Assembly (NCBI GenBank): GCA_041906785.1
Contig: JAYRIM010000028.1
Span: 204,383 to 268,382 of the forward strand
Origin: Candidatus Levyibacteriota bacterium
GTDB taxonomy: Bacteria > Patescibacteriota > Microgenomatia > Levybacterales > UBA12049
Length of the DNA: 64,000 nt
Reading direction: 5' to 3'
Shown here: positions 1 through 9,478 of the stretch, one piece after another
Layout: each line of letters opens with the position of its first letter
Position numbering within the stretch: the stretch's first letter is position 1
The notes under the pieces: generated by a model
Databases searched by the model: none
What the model was told of the DNA's origin: nothing
Seen by the model: only the letters and a program-made list of their open reading frames with translations
Translations under genes and position numbers: made by a program

Positions 1-46
1 GCCTTGAAATCATTCGATATGGAGTATGATGAAACAATTGGATAGT

Positions 47-1153
47 TTATTTCTTCACTTTTTCCCAGGGAAATTCGGTGCGGCCGAAGTGGCCATAAGC
101 AGCAGTAGGTAAATAAATCGGTTGTCGTAATTGTAATGTTTCAAGGATTCCTTCTACTGAAGTATCTAGTAATGAAGACATGAAGTCCTTCAGTGCTTTT
201 TTACTCACTTTTTCAGTCCCAAATGTTTCAATTTCTTGCATTATTGGTTTCTTCGCACCTATGTAATAAGCTAAATATACTTCTGCTTTATCAGCTAATC
301 CTTGAGCGACAATATTCTTCGCTAAAAATCGTGCGGCATAGGCTCCTGACCTGTCAACTTTCGTTGGATCTTTTCCGCTAAATGCTCCTCCACCTACTCT
401 TGCATATCCACCATATGTATCTACTACGATTTTTCTTCCTGTAAGACCAGAATCTGATGCAGGTCCACCGTTATGCCAAACTCCTGTACCATTTACAATA
501 AGATCTTTCTTGGGATAGGAAAATCCAAACTTTTTCAGCACAGGATCGACAACTTGTTTGTATACATCTTCTTTTACCTGGTCAAGTGTTACTGATGCTT
601 GATGGGGGACAGCAATGACCACATATTTAACTTCTACAGGTTTTCCGTCTCTATATTCTATTGTAACTTGTGTTTTTCCGTCCGGCTTTAAATAAGAAAG
701 AACTTTTTTTTCTCTGACCTCGTCTATCCTTTTTGCCAATGCATGGGCTATTGTTATAGGTAGGGGCATAAAAGAAGAGGATTCATTTGTGGCAAATCCG
801 AACATCATGCCTTGATCCCCAGCGCCTTTTTTCTTTACTCCCACTGCTATTTCAGGTGACTGCGCATGGATTTTAATGTCTATAGGTGACGTATCAGAGA
901 ATCCATATTCTTCATGGATGTATCCTAACCTTTTTATTTGTTTACGTGCTATTTTTTCAAAATCGATTTCTGCTTTCGTATGTATTTCTCCTACAAGGAA
1001 AAGACTATTTGCTGCAGCCATTGTTTCGATTGCTGCTCTTCCATACGGATCTTGACGAAGAACTTCATCTACGATTGCGTCACTTATTTGATCACAGATT
1101 TTATCTGGATGACCAGCGCAAACAGATTCAGAAGTAAATAATGATATTTTCAT
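47..1153 (-). CDS. metK: S-adenosylmethionine synthetase (methionine adenosyltransferase)
   Basis: Full-length MetK-like translation (MKISLFTSESVCAGHPDKICDQISD...; C-terminal GGGAFSGKDPTKVDRSGAYAAR signature). The track ORF runs to 1177 via TTG, but the MetK-like N-terminus begins at the ATG at 1151-1153. The extension would read through the leader hairpin. Confidence 0.93.
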   Translation of the reverse strand: MKISLFTSESVCAGHPDKICDQISDAIVDEVLRQDPYGRAAIETMAAANSLFLVGEIHTKAEIDFEKIARKQIKRLGYIHEEYGFSDTSPIDIKIHAQSPEIAVGVKKKGAGDQGMMFGFATNESSSFMPLPITIAHALAKRIDEVREKKVLSYLKPDGKTQVTIEYRDGKPVEVKYVVIAVPHQASVTLDQVKEDVYKQVVDPVLKKFGFSYPKKDLIVNGTGVWHNGGPASDSGLTGRKIVVDTYGGYARVGGGAFSGKDPTKVDRSGAYAARFLAKNIVAQGLADKAEVYLAYYIGAKKPIMQEIETFGTEKVSKKALKDFMSSLLDTSVEGILETLQLRQPIYLPTAAYGHFGRTEFPWEKVKK

Positions 1154-1271
1154 AAAAAAAGCCTCAAAAAGAGGCAATAATTACTTGCCTTTATTGGCCG
1201 CATTTTCTTTCGAAAAAGCACCGTGGTAATTCGGTTGCTGTATAGTCAAATGGACTATAACTCTTAATGCG
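1154..1271 (-). promoter_or_regulatory. SAM-riboswitch-like leader of metK (reduced SAM-I-like core plus SD-sequestering hairpin/terminator)
   Basis: Minus-strand leader reads CGCAUU-AAGAG-[UAUAGUC..GACUAUA hairpin]-CAGCAACC-...-GGUGCUUUUUC-GAAAG-AAAAUGCG. It has a P1 pairing (CGCAUU/AAUGCG), the AAGAG junction, GCAACC and GGUGC motifs as in SAM-I. It ends in hairpin GCCUC-UUUUU-GAGGC + U7 that abuts the ATG, with GAGG (SD) forming the 3-prime arm. The canonical P2 k-turn (GGAGGGA) is absent. Confidence 0.45.
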
Positions 1272-1324
1272 TATTATTATTGAAGCATAAAAAATAAACT
1301 CATGCAAGTGGTATTTCTCTATAT

Positions 1325-2617
1325 CTAGGATAGAATAGTGCGACGAATATAATTCTTAATGCGGTTTAATTCTTTCATATTGACGTACACCTTTGATAAT
1401 GGCGAACCATATAGTTTTACAGCATCTTTTAGATCAGATTTCAGTATGGTCATACTATCTCTCCAAGAAGTTCCCTGTAGTTCTCGATTCTGGATCATGT
1501 TTTCATATAGTTTTACTAAAGTTACGGCTGTTTCGTGAATAGAATATTTTTCCGCTGTTTTTTGAGCATTTTCACCTAACTTTTTTCTAAGTTGATCGTT
1601 TGCTAATAATTCTTGAACATGTTTCACGAATCCTTCACTCTTTTTTTTAATAAGAAAACCATTAACATTATCTATAACTACTTCCTTAAATACATTGTCA
1701 TAGACAGCCACGACAGGTATAGATGATGCCATTGCCTCCAGTATGACCATGCCTTGTGTTTCTGTTCTTGAGGCGAAAACGAAAATATCAGCATCTGCGT
1801 ATACTTTTGGAATTGAATGATGAGGGATAGGGCCAGTAAAAATAACATTTGTAGAGATCTGTAAATATTTTGCAAGATTTTCTAGATTTTCTTTCTCTGG
1901 ACCTGTTCCTACGATAATAAGATACGCATTTTCATCTTGAGTTACAACATCTTTGAAAGATTTTACAAGAAAATCAACTGATTTTTCTTTTCCAAGTCTG
2001 CATACACAGAGAGCTATCTTTGCCTCTTTAGGAAGAGAATATTTTTTTCGAAGAAAACCTTTCGGTTGTTTTTCAAATCGTTTAAGATCAATTCCGCTAG
2101 GAATTACATAGATGGGTTTTCGAATACCATATGCACGCAATTCATTTTTCACTTTTTGTGTTGGTGCGATTAATGTATCACAGACATTTCCGAAAAGTGT
2201 ACTGGTAAGCTCGATAAATTTAGGTCGAATGACACCTTTTAGAAAGTAATGTGTGTATTTATTCCAGAAAGTATGATAGGTAGCTACATATGGAGTGCCA
2301 TACAGTTTAGCAATTTGCCATCCAAGAAATGTTACAAATCCTCCAGAATGGCCGTGTATAACATCAAAATCATGTCTGATAATCTTCAGAAGTGATCTTT
2401 GGGGAATTTGTATAGCAATTCTAGTTTCCAATTGACTTGTGACGCGTAAAGAAAAAATCCTAATGACGTTTTTTCTATCTTTCGTATTTGGGTATTTAGG
2501 AGCAATAATTATTACCTCGTGACCCAGGCGCTCAAGTTCTTTCGCACAAGATTCGACTGTCGTTGCGACGCCATCAAGACTAGGTGTATAGCTATCTGTA
2601 AAAAATCCGATTTTCAT
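1325..2617 (-). CDS. GT4 (group 1) glycosyltransferase
   Basis: 430 aa. GT-B architecture with the C-terminal E-x7-E donor-binding motif region (GMVILEAMASSIPVVA). N-terminal glycosyltransferase-4-like domain. Confidence 0.8.
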   Translation of the reverse strand: MKIGFFTDSYTPSLDGVATTVESCAKELERLGHEVIIIAPKYPNTKDRKNVIRIFSLRVTSQLETRIAIQIPQRSLLKIIRHDFDVIHGHSGGFVTFLGWQIAKLYGTPYVATYHTFWNKYTHYFLKGVIRPKFIELTSTLFGNVCDTLIAPTQKVKNELRAYGIRKPIYVIPSGIDLKRFEKQPKGFLRKKYSLPKEAKIALCVCRLGKEKSVDFLVKSFKDVVTQDENAYLIIVGTGPEKENLENLAKYLQISTNVIFTGPIPHHSIPKVYADADIFVFASRTETQGMVILEAMASSIPVVAVYDNVFKEVVIDNVNGFLIKKKSEGFVKHVQELLANDQLRKKLGENAQKTAEKYSIHETAVTLVKLYENMIQNRELQGTSWRDSMTILKSDLKDAVKLYGSPLSKVYVNMKELNRIKNYIRRTILS

Positions 2618-3606
2618 AGGAGTTCATTATATTCTCTTAATAATGCATTTGAGATAGTCTGGAAACTGAATTGTTTTGTTAATTCTACGCTTTTTTCTTT
2701 TCTTTTTTTAAAGTATGTTTTATCAGTATAAAGTTTATCGACAAGTTTCGTAAAATCACTGATTGAATTACTAGCGAGATACATATCTCCGTATAATGAC
2801 TTGTACTCTTCATTATTCCGTAAAACAAGCGGTAATCCGCACGCTGCAGCTTCAAGGATAACCATGGAAGCGATTTCCTGATATGAAGGGAAAAGAAAAA
2901 TATCAGCCATGTTATAGAATTGGATCACTTTTTCGTACGAAACAATTCCAGGAAGAATAACATTTTTTGGTCTATTTTCATAGAGGTTTTTCTGTTTTTC
3001 TGTCTGAACATTTAACATTTTAATATCATGACCCCCTAACCAAAGAAAAGTTATATGTGGGAGATTTTGTGCAATCTCTAGGAAATCATAAAATCCTTTT
3101 CGTGGAATGAATTTTCCAACTCCAAGGGCGATAAATGCATTTTCTGAAATTCCAAAGTTCTTTTTCCCTTCGTTTCGTTTTAAACCATCAAAATGAAAAA
3201 CTTTCGTGTTTATTGGGTTAGGAATAACTGCTATTCGCTTTACTCCTATTTGTTTTAACTCTTTTTTTACATGCTCATTGAGCGCTACCACTAGATCTGC
3301 TCGTTTATACGCTATATTAAGATATTTATTTATAGCAGGGGCCACAATATTTGCCCCTTTCCAGCTATTTAGAAAGCTTTCTACGGTTATGTGAGTGCTC
3401 AGGACGGTATTTTTATTAGAAAAGAGTCTATACATGCCAAGCGGTCCGAGAGTGTGGATATGGACGATGTCTGCTTTTTTAGAGGAGTTAATGAGAACTG
3501 TTACTCCACGTTCCTTAAGCATCTCTATATGGGTAAGAAAAGCAGTATGTATTCCACCCCATTTCTCAGGTGCTGAAACAGATTCAGAAATAACATTTAC
3601 GATCAT
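2614..3606 (-). CDS. GT4 (group 1) glycosyltransferase
   Basis: 330 aa, MVILEAAACGLPLV motif. 4-nt overlap with the upstream GT4, suggesting a co-transcribed pair. Confidence 0.8.
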   Translation of the reverse strand: MIVNVISESVSAPEKWGGIHTAFLTHIEMLKERGVTVLINSSKKADIVHIHTLGPLGMYRLFSNKNTVLSTHITVESFLNSWKGANIVAPAINKYLNIAYKRADLVVALNEHVKKELKQIGVKRIAVIPNPINTKVFHFDGLKRNEGKKNFGISENAFIALGVGKFIPRKGFYDFLEIAQNLPHITFLWLGGHDIKMLNVQTEKQKNLYENRPKNVILPGIVSYEKVIQFYNMADIFLFPSYQEIASMVILEAAACGLPLVLRNNEEYKSLYGDMYLASNSISDFTKLVDKLYTDKTYFKKRKEKSVELTKQFSFQTISNALLREYNELL

Positions 3607-3803
3607 AATATGCTTGAGTATTATAATCTATTCACAAAGGTATTTCTATTTCTTATTCCAGATTCAGCTAGATTTATAAAATATATTAGTAAATAGGAGC
3701 TGCAAAATAGCCCTATAATAATTGTTATTTTTTTGGTGCATACATGGTACTACCTACTAAAGCTACAATAAAAAAATGAGTAATGGAAAAGTTACTAAAC
3801 AGT

Positions 3804-3812
3804 TTATCCACA
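3804..3812 (+). promoter_or_regulatory. DnaA box, perfect consensus TTATCCACA
   Basis: Exact 9/9 match to the bacterial DnaA-box consensus. An 8/9 match (CTATTCACA) lies at 3628-3636. Confidence 0.4.
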
Positions 3813-4006
3813 TTTTTTCATTTTTTTAACACTTTAGTAAAATTCTATAAAATGCTTAAAAAATATGAACATACGTTATAACTTGACGATTTATCCCAGA
3901 AAGCCGTCTGTATATTTATAGAACAACGACATCGGAGAGAGAAGGACAGAATGATCAACATATTATGGAGATATTCTTGGTCTTACATAACATAAAAAGG
4001 AAAAAA

Positions 4007-4015
4007 TGTGGATAA
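4007..4015 (-). promoter_or_regulatory. DnaA box, perfect consensus (TGTGGATAA on + strand)
   Basis: Exact reverse-complement of TTATCCACA, about 200 bp from the first box in inverted orientation. Further 8/9 matches lie at 4210-4218 (TTATACAAA) and 4386-4394 (TGTGAGTAA). Confidence 0.4.
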
Positions 4016-4849
4016 ATAAGGCGATTTAGCAGACAAGGTACATAAATGCTAAGGGGTTGGGTAAGGTAGATATTATTGCTATATCAAGCAAATCTGCTAC
4101 TTTAATAAGCCCTTTTGCTAATGATGAGTTATAATTCCGTAAAAATCAATTACCTCTAAAGATTATAGTGAAATTATATCAAAAAGTCAATGATACCAGT
4201 CTAAAAAAATTATACAAATGAAAAAAAGAACAGCTAGAGAAGAAAGATTCTCGGAGAGTCTGACAATTGAATTGTTACCATGTTGTATGTCTATCGATCG
4301 TTCAATTTCTTTTCCCTATATACATCATGGGTTGCTTTACACTGATGTCAGTTATAATAGATCCTTCATACGCTAAAAAGGAAAACTGTGAGTAAGTGAA
4401 GTAGGCTAGTTAAAAGTAATACATATATGTCTATCAGTTGAAAAGGCATTAATACAAAAGTGAAAGTACGAGAAACGGAGAATAAAAAACAGTTAAGTAA
4501 AAGTAGTATAAACCCTATAGTAGAATATCATGCAAGTTGACTTTGATGATTAAAAGCTAGTTATCTGTAATTAAGTGCAATTCTATAAAAAAATCATTGA
4601 ATATTTCTTCTTTTCAACTATATTCTAACTGCATGGGTGGAGGAAGATGAAAGGTATATAAAGCAAAAAAAGGGGTAATTTATAAAGATCATAAAATATG
4701 CTCAATACATATATAGAACAATATTTATGATCATTTAGCCTTGTATGAGTAAAATTATTTATCAATATTGCGCATTCAAGCTTTAGTAGTATTTCAAGTA
4801 TCTTCTAGCATAGATTTGTCAATTAGATTAAAATAGGACGAGTAAAAAA

Positions 4850-6016
4850 ATGAATATTCTTTTTTTAAGTCGCCGATTTTATCCTCAAGTTGGTGGTGTT
4901 GAAAGACATGTCATGAAAATTTCGGAATTGCTAGCCCAGCAGGGCCATAGCATAATAATTATAAGCGAAGGGTTAAAGGATCAAAAAAACACAAGAAAAA
5001 TTGTAGTTAAACAGCAAAGATTAGCAAAGGATAAGAGAGATTCTGCTTTAGCTAAGGAACAGCAAGACCTAACTAAAACAGAAAAAGAAGTACCTCACAA
5101 CCACGTTCAAGATAGTCTATATGCATCAAGGTCAATCGTGATATATAGAATGCCAGAAATAAAAGAAGGAAAACAAAAAAAACTTTTTATTTGGCAATGG
5201 ATGTGGCGATATCGAAACTTAATACTTCAAGCAGATATAGTTCACGCTCATGATGTATTTTTTTGGTATTTACCATTTAGATTCCTATTTTTTCGAAAAC
5301 CGATTTTTACTACCTTTCATGGATATGAAAGTTACCCTATTAAAAAGAAAGCTGTTGTTATAAGAAAAATGTCTGAGATGTTATCAATTGGAAACATCTG
5401 TATTGGTGATTTTATAAGTAAATGGTATGGTACAAAACCTACTTTTGTTTCATATGGTGCTGTAGAAATGCCAGAAAGTAAAAATAAAATATCAAATATA
5501 AAAAAAGAGTCAGCTGTTTTTTTTGGTAGACTTGATGAGCAGACCGGGATTTTAACCTATGTAGAAGCATTTAAAGTGTTGAAAAGAAGAGTGCTTAACT
5601 TTAAGTTACTTGTGATAGGAGATGGAATATATCGAAAGTCAATTTCACGTTTTATTACGATCATACCCTTTCAACAAAATCTTGAAAAATATTTTGAAAA
5701 ATACCATTTCGTATTTGTATCAAGGTATCTATCAATTCTTGAGGCCTTTGCTGCTAAAAAATTAGTCTTTGCAGTATATGATAATCCTCTTAAAGAAGAT
5801 TATTTGAGAATGGCTCCCTTTGCGAGATTTATTATTATTGAAAAGGATCCACAAAAGCTTGCTGAAAAAATTTTATACTATCTGCATAATCCAGATGAAG
5901 AGAAAAAGATAGTTTCAGAAGCTTATAAATGGGTGAAAAAACAATCCTGGGAAGAAATGGTTAGTGTTTATAAAAAGCTTTGGAAAAAAAAGATGAGATT
6001 CAGTATAATTACATAG
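4850..6016 (+). CDS. GT4-like glycosyltransferase with a charged insertion
   Basis: N-terminus MNILFLSRRFYPQVGGVERHV is typical of GT4 N-domains. A roughly 50-aa Lys/Gln/Asp-rich segment (KDQKNTRKIVVKQQRLAKDKRDSALAKEQQDLTKTEKEV...) interrupts the N-domain. Confidence 0.6.
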   Translation: MNILFLSRRFYPQVGGVERHVMKISELLAQQGHSIIIISEGLKDQKNTRKIVVKQQRLAKDKRDSALAKEQQDLTKTEKEVPHNHVQDSLYASRSIVIYRMPEIKEGKQKKLFIWQWMWRYRNLILQADIVHAHDVFFWYLPFRFLFFRKPIFTTFHGYESYPIKKKAVVIRKMSEMLSIGNICIGDFISKWYGTKPTFVSYGAVEMPESKNKISNIKKESAVFFGRLDEQTGILTYVEAFKVLKRRVLNFKLLVIGDGIYRKSISRFITIIPFQQNLEKYFEKYHFVFVSRYLSILEAFAAKKLVFAVYDNPLKEDYLRMAPFARFIIIEKDPQKLAEKILYYLHNPDEEKKIVSEAYKWVKKQSWEEMVSVYKKLWKKKMRFSIIT

Positions 6017-6039
6017 TTGTGAGTTGTGAGTAAAAAGAT

Positions 6040-6876
6040 ATGTCATCAAATAGAGCAAAACTACAGAAAAAAAAATTAGGAGATACGATTTCTCCTGCTG
6101 AAAAATACTTTAGAAGGTACCTTAGTATTGGTCCATTAGGTTTAGCATTGTGGCGTTCAGTTGAAGCAAGACATTTAGCCAAAGTAAAACTAAAGAGACC
6201 GATTCTTGATATAGGTTGTGGCTTTGGAGAATTTGCCCAAGCTTTTGCAGATGAACCGATTGATATGGGTATTGATAATAATAATTGGGATTTGTATATT
6301 GCTTCAAAAACAAATAAATATAAAAATTTGACTCTTGCCGATGCTGCAGATCTTCCATTTCCTGATAATACATTTGCTTCTGCTTTCTCAATAAGTACGT
6401 TTGAACATATTAAAGAAGCAGATAAGGCATTAAAAGAAGCATACAGAGTACTTAAACCAGGAGGAATTCTGTTTTTAACGATAGAAAGTGATGAAGTGGA
6501 AGAAGCTGTTTTCTATACACAATTTCTGAAAAAAATTGGTCTTCCCAAAGTGGCAAAAATTGTCCGACAAAAATATAACACATTATTCCATAGACTCCAT
6601 ATATTACCAAAAAATGAGTGGATACGAAAAGTTGAAAAAGCTGGATTTATAATTGATAAAAGGCAAGATATTATCTCTAAAAAGGTTAATTGGTTATATG
6701 ATATATTCCTCATAACAGCATGGCCTTCGCAAATTGTAAAACTGATAACAGGTAAGCGATCCTCAACTAGACCAAAATTCGTAACTGAGTTTTTTGTAAA
6801 AAAATTTTTAAAATATGTTGAAGAAGAAGAAAAAGAAGGAACAAATTTATTAATTATTGCAAGAAAAAAAACTTAA
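6040..6876 (+). CDS. class I SAM-dependent methyltransferase
   Basis: Motif I ILDIGCGFGEFAQAFAD and post-I LKPGGILFLTIE. Confidence 0.7.
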   Translation: MSSNRAKLQKKKLGDTISPAEKYFRRYLSIGPLGLALWRSVEARHLAKVKLKRPILDIGCGFGEFAQAFADEPIDMGIDNNNWDLYIASKTNKYKNLTLADAADLPFPDNTFASAFSISTFEHIKEADKALKEAYRVLKPGGILFLTIESDEVEEAVFYTQFLKKIGLPKVAKIVRQKYNTLFHRLHILPKNEWIRKVEKAGFIIDKRQDIISKKVNWLYDIFLITAWPSQIVKLITGKRSSTRPKFVTEFFVKKFLKYVEEEEKEGTNLLIIARKKT

Positions 6877-7694
6877 GACCAATTCTCTCCATTAGTACAT
6901 GTTTGTCTTACAAATTGGGTAATTATAGTAAGTCCTTTTCTTAAATCTGCTTTCGTTAATAAAAACAAGCTAATAGGATTTACCTCAATAGTTACGGTAC
7001 CTTCCCAATGGTTTTCATGCAACCAAAGCAATTGCTGTTCTGCGAAGGATGATCTGTGATACAAAATCTGTTTTATTCCTTGTTTTCCAATAAGCGATAA
7101 TTGGATGTTCTTTATCTTGTTTAGTCCAAGCCAACTCCAAAATTCTGTCCAGTCATTAAATCCATTCTCCTTAGCCCATATTAGTGATTGATCATCTCGT
7201 GTGTCTATAGCAATATAATGATGGTCTGAATTCAGCCATGCTTTAATCTTTTCAGGTTTAACAGATGTATCTCCCATTATTTCATAAAGGATGTGGCCAT
7301 ATTCTTTTCCTTCATTATTCAGTAACCATTTATCTGTAAGATTATGTACTGTTACTGGAAGATCGTTATTTTTAATAATAGATGAAATTACCTCTCTTGA
7401 AAAATGATTACTTGGAAAAAATGCGTATCGAATGCTGTTAAAAAATAAACTAGTGAATAAAGGGATGGCATAAAATCTATCTTGGTTAATATCTAATCTC
7501 CAGCTGTGATGAATGCTTTTTATAAAAGGTAAAAATTTGCTCAATTTGTTGTTATCTCTTAGATCTTTTGTGATTCTCCTGGTTGGTAATAACTCTAAAC
7601 CGTCGCATCCCACTTCTGTAGCAAATCGAACTGCTTCTTCTAGTCCATACCATAAAATACAACCACTTGAAAGTAATATTTCATTTTTCTTCAT
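6873..7694 (-). CDS. sugar-phosphate isomerase/epimerase-like TIM-barrel protein (xylose-isomerase-like fold), putative
   Basis: 273 aa. N-terminal ...AVRFATEVGCDGLELLP... resembles the AP-endonuclease-2/xylose-isomerase-like TIM-barrel family. Weak call. Confidence 0.35.
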   Translation of the reverse strand: MKKNEILLSSGCILWYGLEEAVRFATEVGCDGLELLPTRRITKDLRDNNKLSKFLPFIKSIHHSWRLDINQDRFYAIPLFTSLFFNSIRYAFFPSNHFSREVISSIIKNNDLPVTVHNLTDKWLLNNEGKEYGHILYEIMGDTSVKPEKIKAWLNSDHHYIAIDTRDDQSLIWAKENGFNDWTEFWSWLGLNKIKNIQLSLIGKQGIKQILYHRSSFAEQQLLWLHENHWEGTVTIEVNPISLFLLTKADLRKGLTIITQFVRQTCTNGENWS

Positions 7695-9465
7695 ATTTTC
7701 TTATTAATATATTCCCTTGTTTGTTAGCAAATGAAATTAGTATATTAGAAATTATTACTAGTAAAAAAATAATACTTACTGTTTTAAGTAGTTTATATAC
7801 TGCCGGGTTGTTATACTTTACTTCTGTAAAATGTAAGCCTTTTCGTACTGAAAATGATATTACCCCTTCACTATCATGCGAAATAGTGGATTTCTTATTA
7901 TCTATAAAAATGTCCCATCCAGGAAAATATAACGTATTTTCTCTTAGTAAAAGTTCCGTTTCTGCGTTAACAATATACCGATGATTTGTTGAATTTCTAG
8001 TAAATTCTTTTATTTCTCCTTTCCCATTTAAAATCTCAATATGTTTTATTGGAAGTTTTGAAAACCATGGTTTTTTAGGGTCTCTTAGAATAGAATTTGC
8101 ATAATAATGTCCTTCTGATTGTGATGTACTTTTCCAGAGGTTTGTAATGAGATATTGATCATTAATATCGGATATAAGTCTTCTCTGTCCCCAATTTAAA
8201 ATTGTTGTACAAATTGTGATGAATATCAGCAAATATATCATTCTTCTTCTTCCTTTAAAATGTAAAACTAAGTATCCTGAAAGAATAGAGATGATGAATG
8301 TAGATAGAAGCAACAACCGATGTGAGCCTACTGCTTTAAGGAAGGGAACAGCTCCCCAAAAAAATCTTGAAAAAGATGTTGCTAGAAATAGCGATATAAA
8401 TAAAGCTAAGAGGAAAAATACAATTTGCATTCTCATAGATTTTTGGATTTTATTTCTTATTAGTAAAAGAATTATTAATACAGAAATAAAAATATGTGTG
8501 TATCCTAAGAGAAAAGAGATCTGACCCTCTGGCCCTTGAAATAAAAATCCCCAACGCCAGGGAGAATATAATAATTCGAAAATATGAGGTGAATAATAAA
8601 ATTCAGCTACCTTTTTAAATATTGTATATTTCGATAAAAAGAAAGGAGTTGCCCATATATAAGATGTTGCAAAACTACCAATAATAGTTGCGAGTATCGT
8701 GGTAAGTAGCGGAAGTTTTGTTTTTGACTGAAAGGATAGTAAAGTTGCATAAGACAAAAGTAAGGCAAGAGTAAAAAGTGCTATAACTACATGACTCATG
8801 ATAAGTGCAGTAATTGATAGAATTGATAAAGAAAGCCATAATGTATTTTTTTCTTTCCATAATTTATGAAAGGCAAAAAAAGCAAACGGTAATATTGTAA
8901 AAAACAAGATTTCGCCAATAACCACTTTAAAATGTAAATCTATAAGATGATAAGGAGCGAATTGATAAAATATGGCGCTTGTAAAAGCTGCCAAATCATT
9001 ATTGAAAATTTTTTTTGCAAAAAAATACATAAAGATTCCAGATAAAATAAAATTTGAGGCCAAAAAGAGTTTAAGACTCGAAATAAAAGTAAATCCAAGA
9101 GCATGGAAAAAACTGACAAGATAATAAGGAAGCGGATAGTTAAAAATAAAAAGAGGGTAACCATATGTCGCATTTAAATTTCCAGCCCAAGAAGGCAAGA
9201 TGTTACCTTCTTGTAATGAGTTATAGAAATCTATACTTCTATATAAATGAATCATAAAATCTCCACTTTCATAAACACCTTTTCGAAAGATACTTATGCA
9301 GACAATTGAAGAAAGTACAATAAGCAGAAATAATAGATTTATTTTTCGCTTAGGGCATCGAATTTTATAAATGATAATCCCAGCGCTTATAAATAGAAGA
9401 GCAATAAGATTTATAAAAACCATTTTCTGTGGGTCAAGCATATTGCTATAATATACACTGAACAA
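7681..9465 (-). CDS. polytopic membrane protein (about 13 TM, GT-C-like) with C-terminal extracytoplasmic domain
   Basis: 594 aa. The N-terminal roughly 400 aa is almost entirely hydrophobic helices. The C-terminal roughly 180 aa is soluble. Confidence 0.5.
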   Translation of the reverse strand: MFSVYYSNMLDPQKMVFINLIALLFISAGIIIYKIRCPKRKINLLFLLIVLSSIVCISIFRKGVYESGDFMIHLYRSIDFYNSLQEGNILPSWAGNLNATYGYPLFIFNYPLPYYLVSFFHALGFTFISSLKLFLASNFILSGIFMYFFAKKIFNNDLAAFTSAIFYQFAPYHLIDLHFKVVIGEILFFTILPFAFFAFHKLWKEKNTLWLSLSILSITALIMSHVVIALFTLALLLSYATLLSFQSKTKLPLLTTILATIIGSFATSYIWATPFFLSKYTIFKKVAEFYYSPHIFELLYSPWRWGFLFQGPEGQISFLLGYTHIFISVLIILLLIRNKIQKSMRMQIVFFLLALFISLFLATSFSRFFWGAVPFLKAVGSHRLLLLSTFIISILSGYLVLHFKGRRRMIYLLIFITICTTILNWGQRRLISDINDQYLITNLWKSTSQSEGHYYANSILRDPKKPWFSKLPIKHIEILNGKGEIKEFTRNSTNHRYIVNAETELLLRENTLYFPGWDIFIDNKKSTISHDSEGVISFSVRKGLHFTEVKYNNPAVYKLLKTVSIIFLLVIISNILISFANKQGNILIRKYEEK

Positions 9466-9478
9466 ACAGATCGCAAGG

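Larger units (their letters stand above)
3607..4849. other. 1.24 kb AT-rich non-coding region; candidate oriC or DnaA-controlled divergent promoter hub
   Basis: No ORF of 60 aa or more in any frame across 1.24 kb of an otherwise tightly packed genome. Genes diverge from it (minus-strand genes to the left, plus-strand to the right). It contains two perfect DnaA-box 9-mers and several 8/9 matches. Confidence 0.35.

Noticed and set aside
1154-1177. N-terminal extension of metK to the TTG at 1175-1177 (MPLFEAFF...)
   Set aside because: MetK homologs begin at the MKISLFTSESV Met (ATG 1151-1153). The extension would be translated from within the leader hairpin and U-tract.
4081-4140. tmRNA-like tag frames (GCA AAU CUG CUA CUU UAA = ANLLL*; GCU AAU GAU GAG UUA UAA = ANDEL*) in the AT-rich gap
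   Set aside because: No tRNA-like acceptor/T-arm domain and no GGGG 5-prime end nearby. The similarity is short and likely chance in AT-rich sequence.
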